This document shows, piece by piece, positions 1-10,371 of a DNA stretch of 51,921 nucleotides (positions are counted from its first letter, which is position 1; the number at the start of each line of letters is the position of its first letter). The translations under genes and the position numbers were made by a program. The notes beneath the pieces are model-generated. The model was not told the DNA's origin and searched no databases. It worked only from the letters and a program-made list of their open reading frames with translations. Source of the DNA: a virus (lineage: Duplodnaviria > Caudoviricetes); IMG/VR virus record IMGVR_UViG_3300025251_001815, positions 1 to 51,921 of that record, one strand, 5' to 3'.

Positions 1-78
1 GGTGGGCACTTTATTCTTTAAAGAATAGATTAGCCCCTCAAACCTTGAAGTTATAAAGAGCTTATCAAGCGTTAGCAT
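1..78 (-). CDS. Partial hypothetical protein running off the left edge (MLTLDKLFITSRFEGLIYSLKNKVPT...)
   Basis: Hand translation: ATG at 78-76 overlaps the end of the upstream gene and the frame stays open to position 1. Confidence 0.45.
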   Translation of the reverse strand, partial: MLTLDKLFITSRFEGLIYSLKNKVPT

Positions 79-677
79 CCTGGGCCTTCGGCCGGGGCCT
101 CCTTGCGTTGCTCCATAATCGCCTTATGCCACTTCTTTAGGATACGTAAATGCTTCGGAGTCTCTCGACACCTACCGCCTTCTTTTGGCTTTCGTATCGC
201 ATGGACCCACGCGGTAACCCACACCTTCTTGTCCGTCCTATACTTACATCTTTTTTTAACTTTTTCTATTTGCCTTACAATATGTTTCATAAACGCAGTG
301 GCCGCTTGCCCGGGATCTGTTCTGTCTATCCCGTATCCGTATCGCGAGCTTTCCCACCATCGCCACATTTGAAATAGGCCAATCGCACGGGGAGTCTTCC
401 CGTCCTTACTGAACTTCCGATCACCCTTGGCCGTCGGATTGAAGCCCGACTCTGCACAGGCGGCCGATAGAAGCATTCCTCTTAGTTCCTTGGGAACATC
501 GTATTCTTTCTCCGTTTCAATTAAAGAATCTATGATGTCAATATCAATATTCTCCGGAGCCACACTCTTGCAGTTAAAAATTGCCTGCTCCATAATCTCA
601 TAATACTCTATCGGATCTTCCGGTTGCAAACACGGCGTTACCGCCATTGTACTTACAAGTATGCTAGTAAAAATCAT
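72..677 (-). CDS. Lytic transglycosylase (SLT-like); possible endolysin or secreted muralytic enzyme
   Basis: Catalytic AESGFNPTAKG and GLFQM motifs. Start moved to ATG 677 (MIFTSILV...), 1 nt after the upstream stop; hydrophobic N-terminus. Confidence 0.8.
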   Translation of the reverse strand: MIFTSILVSTMAVTPCLQPEDPIEYYEIMEQAIFNCKSVAPENIDIDIIDSLIETEKEYDVPKELRGMLLSAACAESGFNPTAKGDRKFSKDGKTPRAIGLFQMWRWWESSRYGYGIDRTDPGQAATAFMKHIVRQIEKVKKRCKYRTDKKVWVTAWVHAIRKPKEGGRCRETPKHLRILKKWHKAIMEQRKEAPAEGPGC

Positions 678-678
678 T

Positions 679-2324
<1,646 letters not shown>

Positions 2325-2332
2325 AGTGTCCG

Positions 2333-4189
2333 TTATTTTAACTCACAGGCTCCGCCAGCACAAGCTAATTCTCCCTGGAGGTCTGTTTCATCTTCCTCTT
2401 CTCGGATCTTTGTTAAATCGACAGCCTTCAAAGATGCTAGCATGGCCTCGTAAGTTTCTCTTGAACAATCTTCAAACGGAGCCTGCTTGTACGTATGATC
2501 TTTATAAGGCAAGACAGACAGTCCGTTATAGTATCTTCTATTTTCCCACATCCACTCTCCAACGTCTTCCCATTCTCGATCATGGACAGAAACCGTTGCC
2601 GATACATTGTGAGTATTCTGTCCTGTATTGTGCCCAGGAGCAACCCATTCAGAGCTAACCTTTCTAACCCTTCTTAATAGTTGAAGCGCACTCTCTTGCC
2701 TAGTAATTGATCCGCTTGGTGCCCTCTGAGGCATGGATATCACAGCCGTATCGTGTGGCCTAAAATATTCATCTTCAACAAGCTCAGGATGATGTTCAGC
2801 CAAGTATTTATATATTGCTTCATTTTTCCCCACGCGAATTCTTCTAATGTAATAATCACCATGCCAGGCGTGGATACCGGAGGATGTGCCAAGGGCGAGA
2901 GATGTGGTTCCCGCAGGCTTCACCGCCGTTAATCGGGCAGCCTTGTTGATTCCAATTATTTTGGCTACTCTCTCGTTCTCTTTTCTAATAGTTTTCGTCG
3001 CCTTGGCCATATCTAATTTAAGGACCTTGCCGGATGCAATACCCGTCATACTTACTCCCAAGAGCGCATCCTTCTCGCAGGTCCTTCTCCATATGTCTCT
3101 AAGGTAATGAAAGTCCGTATAGGAGGCTTGTAGCGTACCGATAAAGGCAGCCACGCGGCACCTCTCCTCGTATTCTTCTTGTGTCTCGACATCGGATACA
3201 TTTATTTCAGTTAGGTTACACATCTGGAACGGCCTAAGGGCGATCTCGCAACAAGGGTTCGATCCCCAGTCCTTGTCATTGGAAAAATAAAACCCAGGCT
3301 CCCCGCTACCAGATGCCCTGACCCTCTCCCAGAGCCCCATAAAGAACTCCTCAGTTACCCTATGTCTCAGTAGTACCGCAGAGTTGTTCGCCCTGCCCCT
3401 CTGGGGATTTTTTTCCCACCAGTTGCCAGACTTGGCCGAGATCATTTCTTCGTCATCGGCAGAGAAAAGCGAAATAAGCGCCGCCCGCCTTATCCCACCT
3501 GCTAGAACCGCATCTGCGATATAGCACACTATATCATGCACCTCTATGGGGCTCAGCTTATCCCCGGTGTTTTTATCAGCCAGTGCACCTTCAATCTTTA
3601 CCAAGCATTCCTTTAGCGGTTGTGGCCCCGGAGCCTTACCACCAGACGTAACCAGTAAAGATCCTTTCGGCCTGATATCACTAAAGTCAAATCTTAGCTT
3701 AGATGTTCCCTTAAAGTAGGAACCCGTCAGAGCCTTGACCGCATCCGCCCAACCCTCGATAGAATCGTTTACTAAAAACCGCCTAGTTCTATTTAAATTA
3801 GGCTTTTTTATCTCGGGCAACTTCTCAACGTGATGTTTTTGTGCCGAAAACCCCACTCCGGTGCCTCCCAATAGCAAAAACATAATCTCAGAAAATACTC
3901 TCCAATCATCAACAGGGCAAAAGGCACAATTGTAATTCCTATTGGGTGCGACCTCAATTGGCTTACCTCCGAATTGAAGGGCGCGCATTGACGGCAGTAC
4001 TTTCTTATCAAAAACAAGCGCGTAATTCTTTTTTATCTCTTCTTTAATCTCCGGGAACTTCTTAATATGCATATCCATATTTCTTTTAACAATCTCATTC
4101 CACGTCTCTCGTCTATTCTTTTTCTTCAAGAATCTCGCGTATTTCATGTGGATTGTTACATCTGATAAGATGTCTGACGATAATGTCAA
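2333..4189 (-). CDS. nrdJ: Class II (adenosylcobalamin-dependent) ribonucleotide reductase, monomeric type
   Basis: PSMRALQFGG, YNCAF, GTGVGFS, GGIRRAALI, SNPCCEI, CNLTE, VKPAGTTS, C-terminal ACAGGAC. No beta-subunit gene nearby. Confidence 0.9.
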   Translation of the reverse strand: MTLSSDILSDVTIHMKYARFLKKKNRRETWNEIVKRNMDMHIKKFPEIKEEIKKNYALVFDKKVLPSMRALQFGGKPIEVAPNRNYNCAFCPVDDWRVFSEIMFLLLGGTGVGFSAQKHHVEKLPEIKKPNLNRTRRFLVNDSIEGWADAVKALTGSYFKGTSKLRFDFSDIRPKGSLLVTSGGKAPGPQPLKECLVKIEGALADKNTGDKLSPIEVHDIVCYIADAVLAGGIRRAALISLFSADDEEMISAKSGNWWEKNPQRGRANNSAVLLRHRVTEEFFMGLWERVRASGSGEPGFYFSNDKDWGSNPCCEIALRPFQMCNLTEINVSDVETQEEYEERCRVAAFIGTLQASYTDFHYLRDIWRRTCEKDALLGVSMTGIASGKVLKLDMAKATKTIRKENERVAKIIGINKAARLTAVKPAGTTSLALGTSSGIHAWHGDYYIRRIRVGKNEAIYKYLAEHHPELVEDEYFRPHDTAVISMPQRAPSGSITRQESALQLLRRVRKVSSEWVAPGHNTGQNTHNVSATVSVHDREWEDVGEWMWENRRYYNGLSVLPYKDHTYKQAPFEDCSRETYEAMLASLKAVDLTKIREEEDETDLQGELACAGGACELK

Positions 4190-4201
4190 CGTAGTCTTCT
4201 C

Positions 4202-5551
4202 CTATTTGTTCTTTAGAAATTTCTGGTACTTCTCGGCTAGGTTATTGGTCCCATCTCTATTCGCCTGCAACATGTCCTCCAGATCGAGACTGTTGTCCTT
4301 CGGCCGGCTAACATTGATCTTGCACCTGCTAAAGTCAGTGTCCACACTAAAGATCAGGCCGTCAATACCGTTTCTATTCTTGGCAATAAACATCTTTCCC
4401 TTTCCGCTTATAGTACAAATAAAGTCCGCCGGAAAACATTTTGCAAAAGCGTCCGCGATAGAATCCATGCTAACCACGTCGGCATTTACACCAGTCCTGT
4501 TCGTTTGGCTTGCAGTCACCATCACGCACTCGTTAATCTGGCCGATAGCGCGCAATTCTTCATACATCTCTTCAAGGGCCTTCGGCCTGAAATCCTTTCC
4601 AGAAGATCCTGCTCTAAGCAAATCGGCGTAATCAACGATTACAACATCCGGCTTGAACCCATTCTGCGTAAGGCGATTAATGTGGTTTTCAATCGTCTTC
4701 GGAGTTGCCCTCTTAGATGGATATTCTTTGATGACAAGTTTGCCAGGGACAGACTTAATTTTAGTTAGAATATCTCCCTTCTCCTTGTGCAAATCGTCCA
4801 AAGGGATATCCGTGATACAAGAATCGAACCTATTCCCTACGATCTCCTCAGATAGCTCTAGCGTGTAATATACAACGTTCTTGCCTTCTTTGAGAGCCGC
4901 ACTAGCGATATTAACCAAGGCCATGCTCTTGCCGCCACCAGTGATGGCAATCAACACATGCAATTCCTTCCTTCCGAAACCACCCTTGGTGATCTTGTCA
5001 ATTTCTTCCCAGCCAGACGGAACCGGCTTCCTTATGTTATGAGAATATCTTTTTTCAAAGTCCTCGATATAATCATGGCCTTGATCCACATCGGTGCCAA
5101 GCTTCAGTGCCGCCCCTAAAAGGCTTTGAATCTCTTCGAAAGAAGACGACTTTAACAAGGGCACAACCTTCAATATGGTCTCTTGGACTCTTTGTTTTCT
5201 ACAGAAATTCAGCGCCTGCTCTTTAATATATTCTTTTTCTTCAATCTTATTAAAGTCGATACCCATCATCTCAACAAAACCAGCAAGTTGCTTTGTCGCC
5301 GGGTCTTTGCCTTCTGAGAACTGCGTCCCTATGACGGTCTTTAGAATATCTAAAGTGGGATGCACTTTATACTTTTTCTTGTAGTCATAAATGATCTCTA
5401 CAAAACTTTGTAAGTATTTAAACTCCAAAAATTGTAGGTCTAATACTTCTTGTATCTGGTTTGAAAAAGTTCGATCAAATAAAATAAGTTGGGCCAGCTT
5501 CTCTTGGAAGCTTTTACCGTACTTTGCGAAGTTCGCTGAGGTATCTTTCAT
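4202..5551 (-). CDS. Replicative DnaB-like helicase (T4 gp41-like)
   Basis: Walker A AITGGGKS, YYTLELSE, IKEYP, Walker B VIVDYADLL, TASQTNR, AKNRNG. Confidence 0.92.
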   Translation of the reverse strand: MKDTSANFAKYGKSFQEKLAQLILFDRTFSNQIQEVLDLQFLEFKYLQSFVEIIYDYKKKYKVHPTLDILKTVIGTQFSEGKDPATKQLAGFVEMMGIDFNKIEEKEYIKEQALNFCRKQRVQETILKVVPLLKSSSFEEIQSLLGAALKLGTDVDQGHDYIEDFEKRYSHNIRKPVPSGWEEIDKITKGGFGRKELHVLIAITGGGKSMALVNIASAALKEGKNVVYYTLELSEEIVGNRFDSCITDIPLDDLHKEKGDILTKIKSVPGKLVIKEYPSKRATPKTIENHINRLTQNGFKPDVVIVDYADLLRAGSSGKDFRPKALEEMYEELRAIGQINECVMVTASQTNRTGVNADVVSMDSIADAFAKCFPADFICTISGKGKMFIAKNRNGIDGLIFSVDTDFSRCKINVSRPKDNSLDLEDMLQANRDGTNNLAEKYQKFLKNK

Positions 5552-6509
5552 TTCTTTCTATCCTGTTTAGTGAAGCAAAGAGTTCATCGAAATTTACACC
5601 AAAAATGCCATCTTGCACAAGCATTTTTTTGATGCCCGACTGGTTATTCATCAGTCGCTTGCTTTTCAATTCTTCTTTTAGGGTTTGTGTTGTTTGGAAG
5701 CTTATGCTTGGAGAGTACAATTGCATTATGTCGTAGTTGTTTTTTATTATTTTCTTGCCTTCTGCAACTCTCTCCAGAGTTTTATAGCCTTGATAATTGT
5801 CCTTGCAATATTGCACAATATATTCTATTGGATGCAAGGTATCTTCCTTTAAAAAAGGAAACTTATTTGCGACGGTCTTTAGACCAACGCCTTTGATACC
5901 CTTGAGATTGTCGCTTCTATCGCCTGAAATGGCTCTCGCAAGGGCAAAGTTGTTTGGGTGGATTCCATATTCATCAATCACACTCCTAGCAGTCAAAGGC
6001 TTGTCACTACTTGGTCTAATTAGTACCGTACAATGATCTAAAATCTGAAAAAAGTCTTTATCATTAGATAAAATTACTTTTTGCCATTCTTCACAAAGAT
6101 GGCTTTGACACACCCAGGAAATCAAGTCATCAGCCTCAACACCGTCAGCAATAATTTGTTTAAACGGCATGTAATTGAAATACTCAACTAATCTAAGGTG
6201 TTGCCGGATTCTACCCTCTTTTTCTTGGTCTTCCGAGCATAGGTTGTGACTCCTATTTAGCCGAATTGGTTTTCGTCCACTCTTATAATCTTTATTGATT
6301 TGCTTTCTTTTTTTTGATCCGCCTGCTCCGTCCCAAGCTATAACAACTCTTGTGGGCTTTACTTCTCTAAATACTTTTTGTAAAATCTTCAGAGTCCCCA
6401 CAATTCCGCCAATATGTATACCGTTCGTCGACATAGAGGGGTTTGCGGCATAAGCACGCATGTAAGTATTTAAGCCATCAACAATCAGTATCCTATTGTA
6501 TCCATCCAT
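5514..6509 (-). CDS. 5'-3' exonuclease / flap endonuclease (PolI N-terminal / T4 RNase H family)
   Basis: LIVDGLN, AWDG, YKSGR, EADDLI, SNDKDFFQ, GDRSDNLKGIKGVGLKT (H3TH). Confidence 0.93.
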   Translation of the reverse strand: MDGYNRILIVDGLNTYMRAYAANPSMSTNGIHIGGIVGTLKILQKVFREVKPTRVVIAWDGAGGSKKRKQINKDYKSGRKPIRLNRSHNLCSEDQEKEGRIRQHLRLVEYFNYMPFKQIIADGVEADDLISWVCQSHLCEEWQKVILSNDKDFFQILDHCTVLIRPSSDKPLTARSVIDEYGIHPNNFALARAISGDRSDNLKGIKGVGLKTVANKFPFLKEDTLHPIEYIVQYCKDNYQGYKTLERVAEGKKIIKNNYDIMQLYSPSISFQTTQTLKEELKSKRLMNNQSGIKKMLVQDGIFGVNFDELFASLNRIERNERYLSELRKVR

Positions 6510-6513
6510 CCCA

Positions 6514-6696
6514 TCATCCTACCTCTTCAAGAAGGTGCTCAGGGAAAACAACCAGTTTGTTATTATAGTAGACCTGAACGGTCAGGGGAATAGCCCCCTT
6601 GTTCTTCATGTACTTAACAACTAGACCGCAACCCGGAGAACACTTTATCTTAACAGCGGCTCCTCGTTTAAATCTCTTATTCGGCGTCCTCTTCAT
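6514..6696 (-). CDS. Small basic hypothetical protein (possible SH3/KOW-like barrel)
   Basis: 60-aa ORF filling the gap between recA and the exonuclease; FKRGAAVKI...GLVV pattern. Confidence 0.55.
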   Translation of the reverse strand: MKRTPNKRFKRGAAVKIKCSPGCGLVVKYMKNKGAIPLTVQVYYNNKLVVFPEHLLEEVG

Positions 6697-7789
6697 AAAA
6701 GCGTGCCGCCTCTCCCTCTCGGGATTCGAATTTTTGAATCACTTCGAGATCCATTAGTTGCAAAACGCGTCCCTTGAAGGTGGCATCTTGCAATTTCTCA
6801 ACCCAGGTCGTCTTCTGAAATTTCGCTTCGGTACCATCTTCGTGCACCAGCGTATACCACGCGCCTGCGGACTTCAGGTTCTCCGAGCCCTTGAGGGCAT
6901 CCAACCACGACTCTTCGTCTCTGATCTTGACATCCTCCCCCCAAAGAATCTTAAACTGGCAAGTCCTGCCCATCGTACCGAATCTAGACTTCTTGATTTT
7001 AACTCCCGTCTCTGACCCGATTCGGAATCCTTTATCGTCATATACAAAAGATGCTTTGCCTTTTCTACCGGTCAACCATATTCGCAAAGAAAACGAATAA
7101 TGGAAGGCTTTGCCACCAGAAGTCACCCAGGGATCGGTATATTTTTCAGCTATACTCGTAGTTATGTTCGTCTTAAGTTGATTTAAAACAACCAGAGTCG
7201 CATCCCTATTGGCGATTACTTGAGTTAGCTTGGATAATGCAAGACTAGATATACGAGCCTTTAATGCAATATCGCTTCTTGGATTGTATCCGCCTTCAAG
7301 CTCTGCCTCACAAGGAGTAAATGCGTATGAGTCCCATATAAACAGATACTTATCATCCGTATCCTTTAGTAAGGTTTCAATAGCATCAAAAACAAACTCC
7401 ACCGACTTAGCCTGGGTATAAATTAACCCATTTAAGTCGCAACCTGCTCTGTTCAAAAACGAAGAATCCAGGGCTGATTCAGAGTCAAAATATACAACTT
7501 GAATCCCCATCTTTTGTGCATTGGCAGCCACTTGTGCAGCCAAGTACGATTTGCCAGACGACTCCAAACCTGCAACTTCTGTCACCTTTCCTACCGGCAC
7601 CCCCGCTAGCTGGCCTTTGCATATAATGCCATCCAGCCAGCGGGAGCCCGTAGAGATCCATTCTTCAACGTCAGTAGGATTTTCTTTTTCTAAATTATAG
7701 GCAACTGTCATGCCTGCCTTTTTATTTAGAATATTCCTAATTCGATCAAAGCCGGATGTTTCTTCTTTACTTGCCATCGAGGCCCCCAT
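6677..7789 (-). CDS. recA: RecA/UvsX-like recombinase
   Basis: WISTGSRWLD, GVPVGKVTEVAGLESSGKS (Walker A), YFDSESALD, FIWDS, LNQL, SGGKAF, KSRF. Confidence 0.93.
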   Translation of the reverse strand: MGASMASKEETSGFDRIRNILNKKAGMTVAYNLEKENPTDVEEWISTGSRWLDGIICKGQLAGVPVGKVTEVAGLESSGKSYLAAQVAANAQKMGIQVVYFDSESALDSSFLNRAGCDLNGLIYTQAKSVEFVFDAIETLLKDTDDKYLFIWDSYAFTPCEAELEGGYNPRSDIALKARISSLALSKLTQVIANRDATLVVLNQLKTNITTSIAEKYTDPWVTSGGKAFHYSFSLRIWLTGRKGKASFVYDDKGFRIGSETGVKIKKSRFGTMGRTCQFKILWGEDVKIRDEESWLDALKGSENLKSAGAWYTLVHEDGTEAKFQKTTWVEKLQDATFKGRVLQLMDLEVIQKFESREGEAARFYEEDAE

Positions 7790-8535
7790 TAGCTACCTTC
7801 TTCTAGTTGCTTAAATACGGCATCAATCTCTGATTCCTCAGACCCTCCGGTGCCGTACTTCTGTACCCCTCCGGACTCTCCTCCCGTTGGGTCAGCAGAC
7901 AAAAACTTGTCTAGCACCCCCGCTACGTCTACAGAAGTCTTCTTATTATATTTTTCATTTACATCCGGCATCGTAGCGAAAATTGCGTCAATTTCCTTTT
8001 TGGTCCCCGCTAGTGGACTATTATGCCGCTTTGGAACAACCTTCGTTGCCAGTTGGCGATTCTTGGCCGCTTCAGAATCATAAGTAAGAGTTAGATCAAG
8101 GCCGTCTTTGACATTGGTGATGTCCTCGTACTCGGGATTGTTAACATAGCCGATCAGATCCCGATAAATCGTTCGAGAATAATTCCAAAGCTTAACGGTC
8201 CCCGCTTCATCACCACGAACAACAATAGGAGATACGTATCGCGCCGATGGCAGCAACTCCTTCGCACTCTTTGTATCGCCCTCCTCATAGAGGCCCCATG
8301 CGAACTCACAAATAGCACATGATTCTCCATAGTTCTTCTTCGGGCATAGGAATGGTGCCTCTTCGCCAATTCTATAATGTACATGGAACTCCTTAAAGGG
8401 ATCTCCATCCTCGGGGCACAGGATCCGAATTTCCTGGGAGCCGTCTTCTGGCTTCCAATTGAGAGGATCAACCCTCTTTTCTCCGCCCTCTTTAAGGGCG
8501 CGATACTTCGCTTTCATTTTTTCCATGTCTAACAT
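7789..8535 (-). CDS. Single-stranded DNA-binding protein (T4 gp32-like)
   Basis: WKP...IRIL, HVHY...LCP...CAICE zinc-type motif, DIT...GLDL, acidic C-terminal tail. Start at ATG 8535 follows AGAGGAG. Confidence 0.8.
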   Translation of the reverse strand: MLDMEKMKAKYRALKEGGEKRVDPLNWKPEDGSQEIRILCPEDGDPFKEFHVHYRIGEEAPFLCPKKNYGESCAICEFAWGLYEEGDTKSAKELLPSARYVSPIVVRGDEAGTVKLWNYSRTIYRDLIGYVNNPEYEDITNVKDGLDLTLTYDSEAAKNRQLATKVVPKRHNSPLAGTKKEIDAIFATMPDVNEKYNKKTSVDVAGVLDKFLSADPTGGESGGVQKYGTGGSEESEIDAVFKQLEEGS

Positions 8536-8536
8536 T

Positions 8537-9376
8537 TTAAATCTCCTCTTGTTGAATAAAATGTGTGTGCAACCTACAGTACACCTGAACACCCTCATAC
8601 TCTGAGGGATGCACAGAATAGCTCAAGCTTTTCATGTCTTCACCGGACATGCTTTTTACTTGTTGTTTGATCTTATAAAGAAGATTCGAATCCTCGTCAA
8701 GGATCTTTTCGTTTACCACGTAAAAAATCTCCGTGTTCCTTATATTGTGCAAATCAAAGCACATCTTGCTCTCATTATCATTAAAGGAAATAAAGCCTAA
8801 TGTGGATATCCTACTAATATCGTCTACTTCTCCATTTTGCTCAAATACGCTATCTTCCTTTTCATAAAAATTGCACAAATCATACGAGCGCGCTATGACT
8901 TCATTAATTGAGTCATTTAATTTTAACAGCGGGACTTCTTCTAATATCTCATGTATCTTCTGATTGTTGAAAAGGTACAGCTTTCGAAAGATCCCAGACC
9001 TTGCCATGTTCTGTAGGACCTGGCGTACAATATTTTCTCCCGTCCTGCTAATGCCATTCAAGGTGTCCGTATCTGGCTGCACATAAAGCACCTCTATATT
9101 CTTGTCTTTTATTTGCTCTAGGATTGCTAGCGCCGCACCTGATATTTTGCCGCTACCGGCCATTATGAAAACGACATTCTTAGTGATGCCTCTAAAAAAA
9201 GTCTTCAGTCTCGGTACTGACTCTTCTGCCTCTTCCATAGAGGCAATCTTGGGAAAAGAAAAACACCTCGTCCCTTTGATGCCAACATCTATTTTATAGA
9301 CTTTATAGCCTTCTCGATCCGAGAACTTCTCTGCGATTTTGCAGCCCGCGCCGCCTAGCCCTATTACAGTCTTCAT
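8537..9376 (-). CDS. Divergent tubulin/FtsZ-family protein (PhuZ/TubZ-like)
   Basis: T1-like loop VIGLGGAGCKIA, T2-like KIDVG, T4-loop position FIMAGSGKISGAA (canonical GGGTG[S/T]G), YVQP, LFNNQKI, LNDSI helix. Confidence 0.72.
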   Translation of the reverse strand: MKTVIGLGGAGCKIAEKFSDREGYKVYKIDVGIKGTRCFSFPKIASMEEAEESVPRLKTFFRGITKNVVFIMAGSGKISGAALAILEQIKDKNIEVLYVQPDTDTLNGISRTGENIVRQVLQNMARSGIFRKLYLFNNQKIHEILEEVPLLKLNDSINEVIARSYDLCNFYEKEDSVFEQNGEVDDISRISTLGFISFNDNESKMCFDLHNIRNTEIFYVVNEKILDEDSNLLYKIKQQVKSMSGEDMKSLSYSVHPSEYEGVQVYCRLHTHFIQQEEI

Positions 9377-10362
9377 TGCGCCCTCATGTCTCCGTAATTT
9401 TTTCCCGCTTTGATATTGATTTTAAACTTTCCAAGTCTTGTATTCTCAAGAATTTCTCTTACTTCTTTTAAAAGGTGGAGTTCGGTTTTATCAACGTCTA
9501 GAACAAGACAGTCATGAATACAAAATAAGATTTTCGAGTTATGCAAGCCCAACCTTTCTTTCACCTTATACACTTGTTCAAAAAATAGGTCATTCGCCGT
9601 GGACTGTACTACGTAGTTTAATGCAAAAAAATCCGAATCGCATTGAATAACTCTATCATACAAGTTTTTAATTTGCCCATCCTCATAAAATTCCTCACAA
9701 ATTTTATCTTTATTGAATATCTTTTCAAATTTTGCCGCTTCGGGAATCCGCTTTCCATATAGCCAGCTAAAAGCCTTTTTCTTGCTCTCTTCTCTCGAAA
9801 TAGTGTCTAAAAACACCTCTTTCCTTATCCAGTCGTGGATATCTACGGCGGGCTGCCTCGCATTACTCAGCCCCAGCAGTACTCGTAAATCCATTGCATT
9901 ATAATCAAATTCAACCAACAGGTCCTTTTTTGGTGTTATACAAACTCGCCTTTCTTTTGGCAGATTTAAAATTGGAAAACTATTGCTTTTTGTAGCCAGT
10001 CTTCCAGTTTTAGCACGAAACATATCGTATTTGATTCTTTTATTCGAGCAATCAAAATTCCCCTCTATCTCTTTCACCACATCATAAATCTTAGAGAGAC
10101 TCTCATAATTATCCGGCTTTCCGACAGTGTTTAATATGTGTTCAGCAATAGCCTCAAGGACTTCCCGACGCTCTTGAGCAACCCATCCGGCGTATAATTT
10201 CTCATCCTCATCTAACCCCAGCGCCTTAAAAGATCTCTCATATGATCTCAACACTCCTTCAATCTCAAGCATCCTCTCTTTTAAAAAAAGGGGGCATTTC
10301 TTGATTAAATCGCCCTCACGGCAATAAATTGAGGCTCTTTTAATTAACTCTCTACTACTCAT
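9373..10362 (-). CDS. Minimal family A DNA polymerase (polymerase domain only)
   Basis: KTGRLA..NLP, motif A FDYNAMDLRVL, DIH, motif B REESKKKAFSWLYG, ALNYVVQSTAND, motif C IHDCLV, GKNYG. Confidence 0.87.
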   Translation of the reverse strand: MSSRELIKRASIYCREGDLIKKCPLFLKERMLEIEGVLRSYERSFKALGLDEDEKLYAGWVAQERREVLEAIAEHILNTVGKPDNYESLSKIYDVVKEIEGNFDCSNKRIKYDMFRAKTGRLATKSNSFPILNLPKERRVCITPKKDLLVEFDYNAMDLRVLLGLSNARQPAVDIHDWIRKEVFLDTISREESKKKAFSWLYGKRIPEAAKFEKIFNKDKICEEFYEDGQIKNLYDRVIQCDSDFFALNYVVQSTANDLFFEQVYKVKERLGLHNSKILFCIHDCLVLDVDKTELHLLKEVREILENTRLGKFKINIKAGKNYGDMRAQ

Positions 10363-10371
10363 TCGACCTCT

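Noticed and set aside
6017-6024. ACTAATTA copy inside the 5'-3' exonuclease gene
   Set aside because: It is mid-gene and more than 450 nt from the next start; compatible with chance in AT-rich sequence.
8537-9376. Nucleus-forming (chimallin) jumbo phage
   Set aside because: Head and tail genes are T4-like, and no chimallin or multisubunit RNA polymerase is recognisable. Tubulin alone is insufficient evidence.
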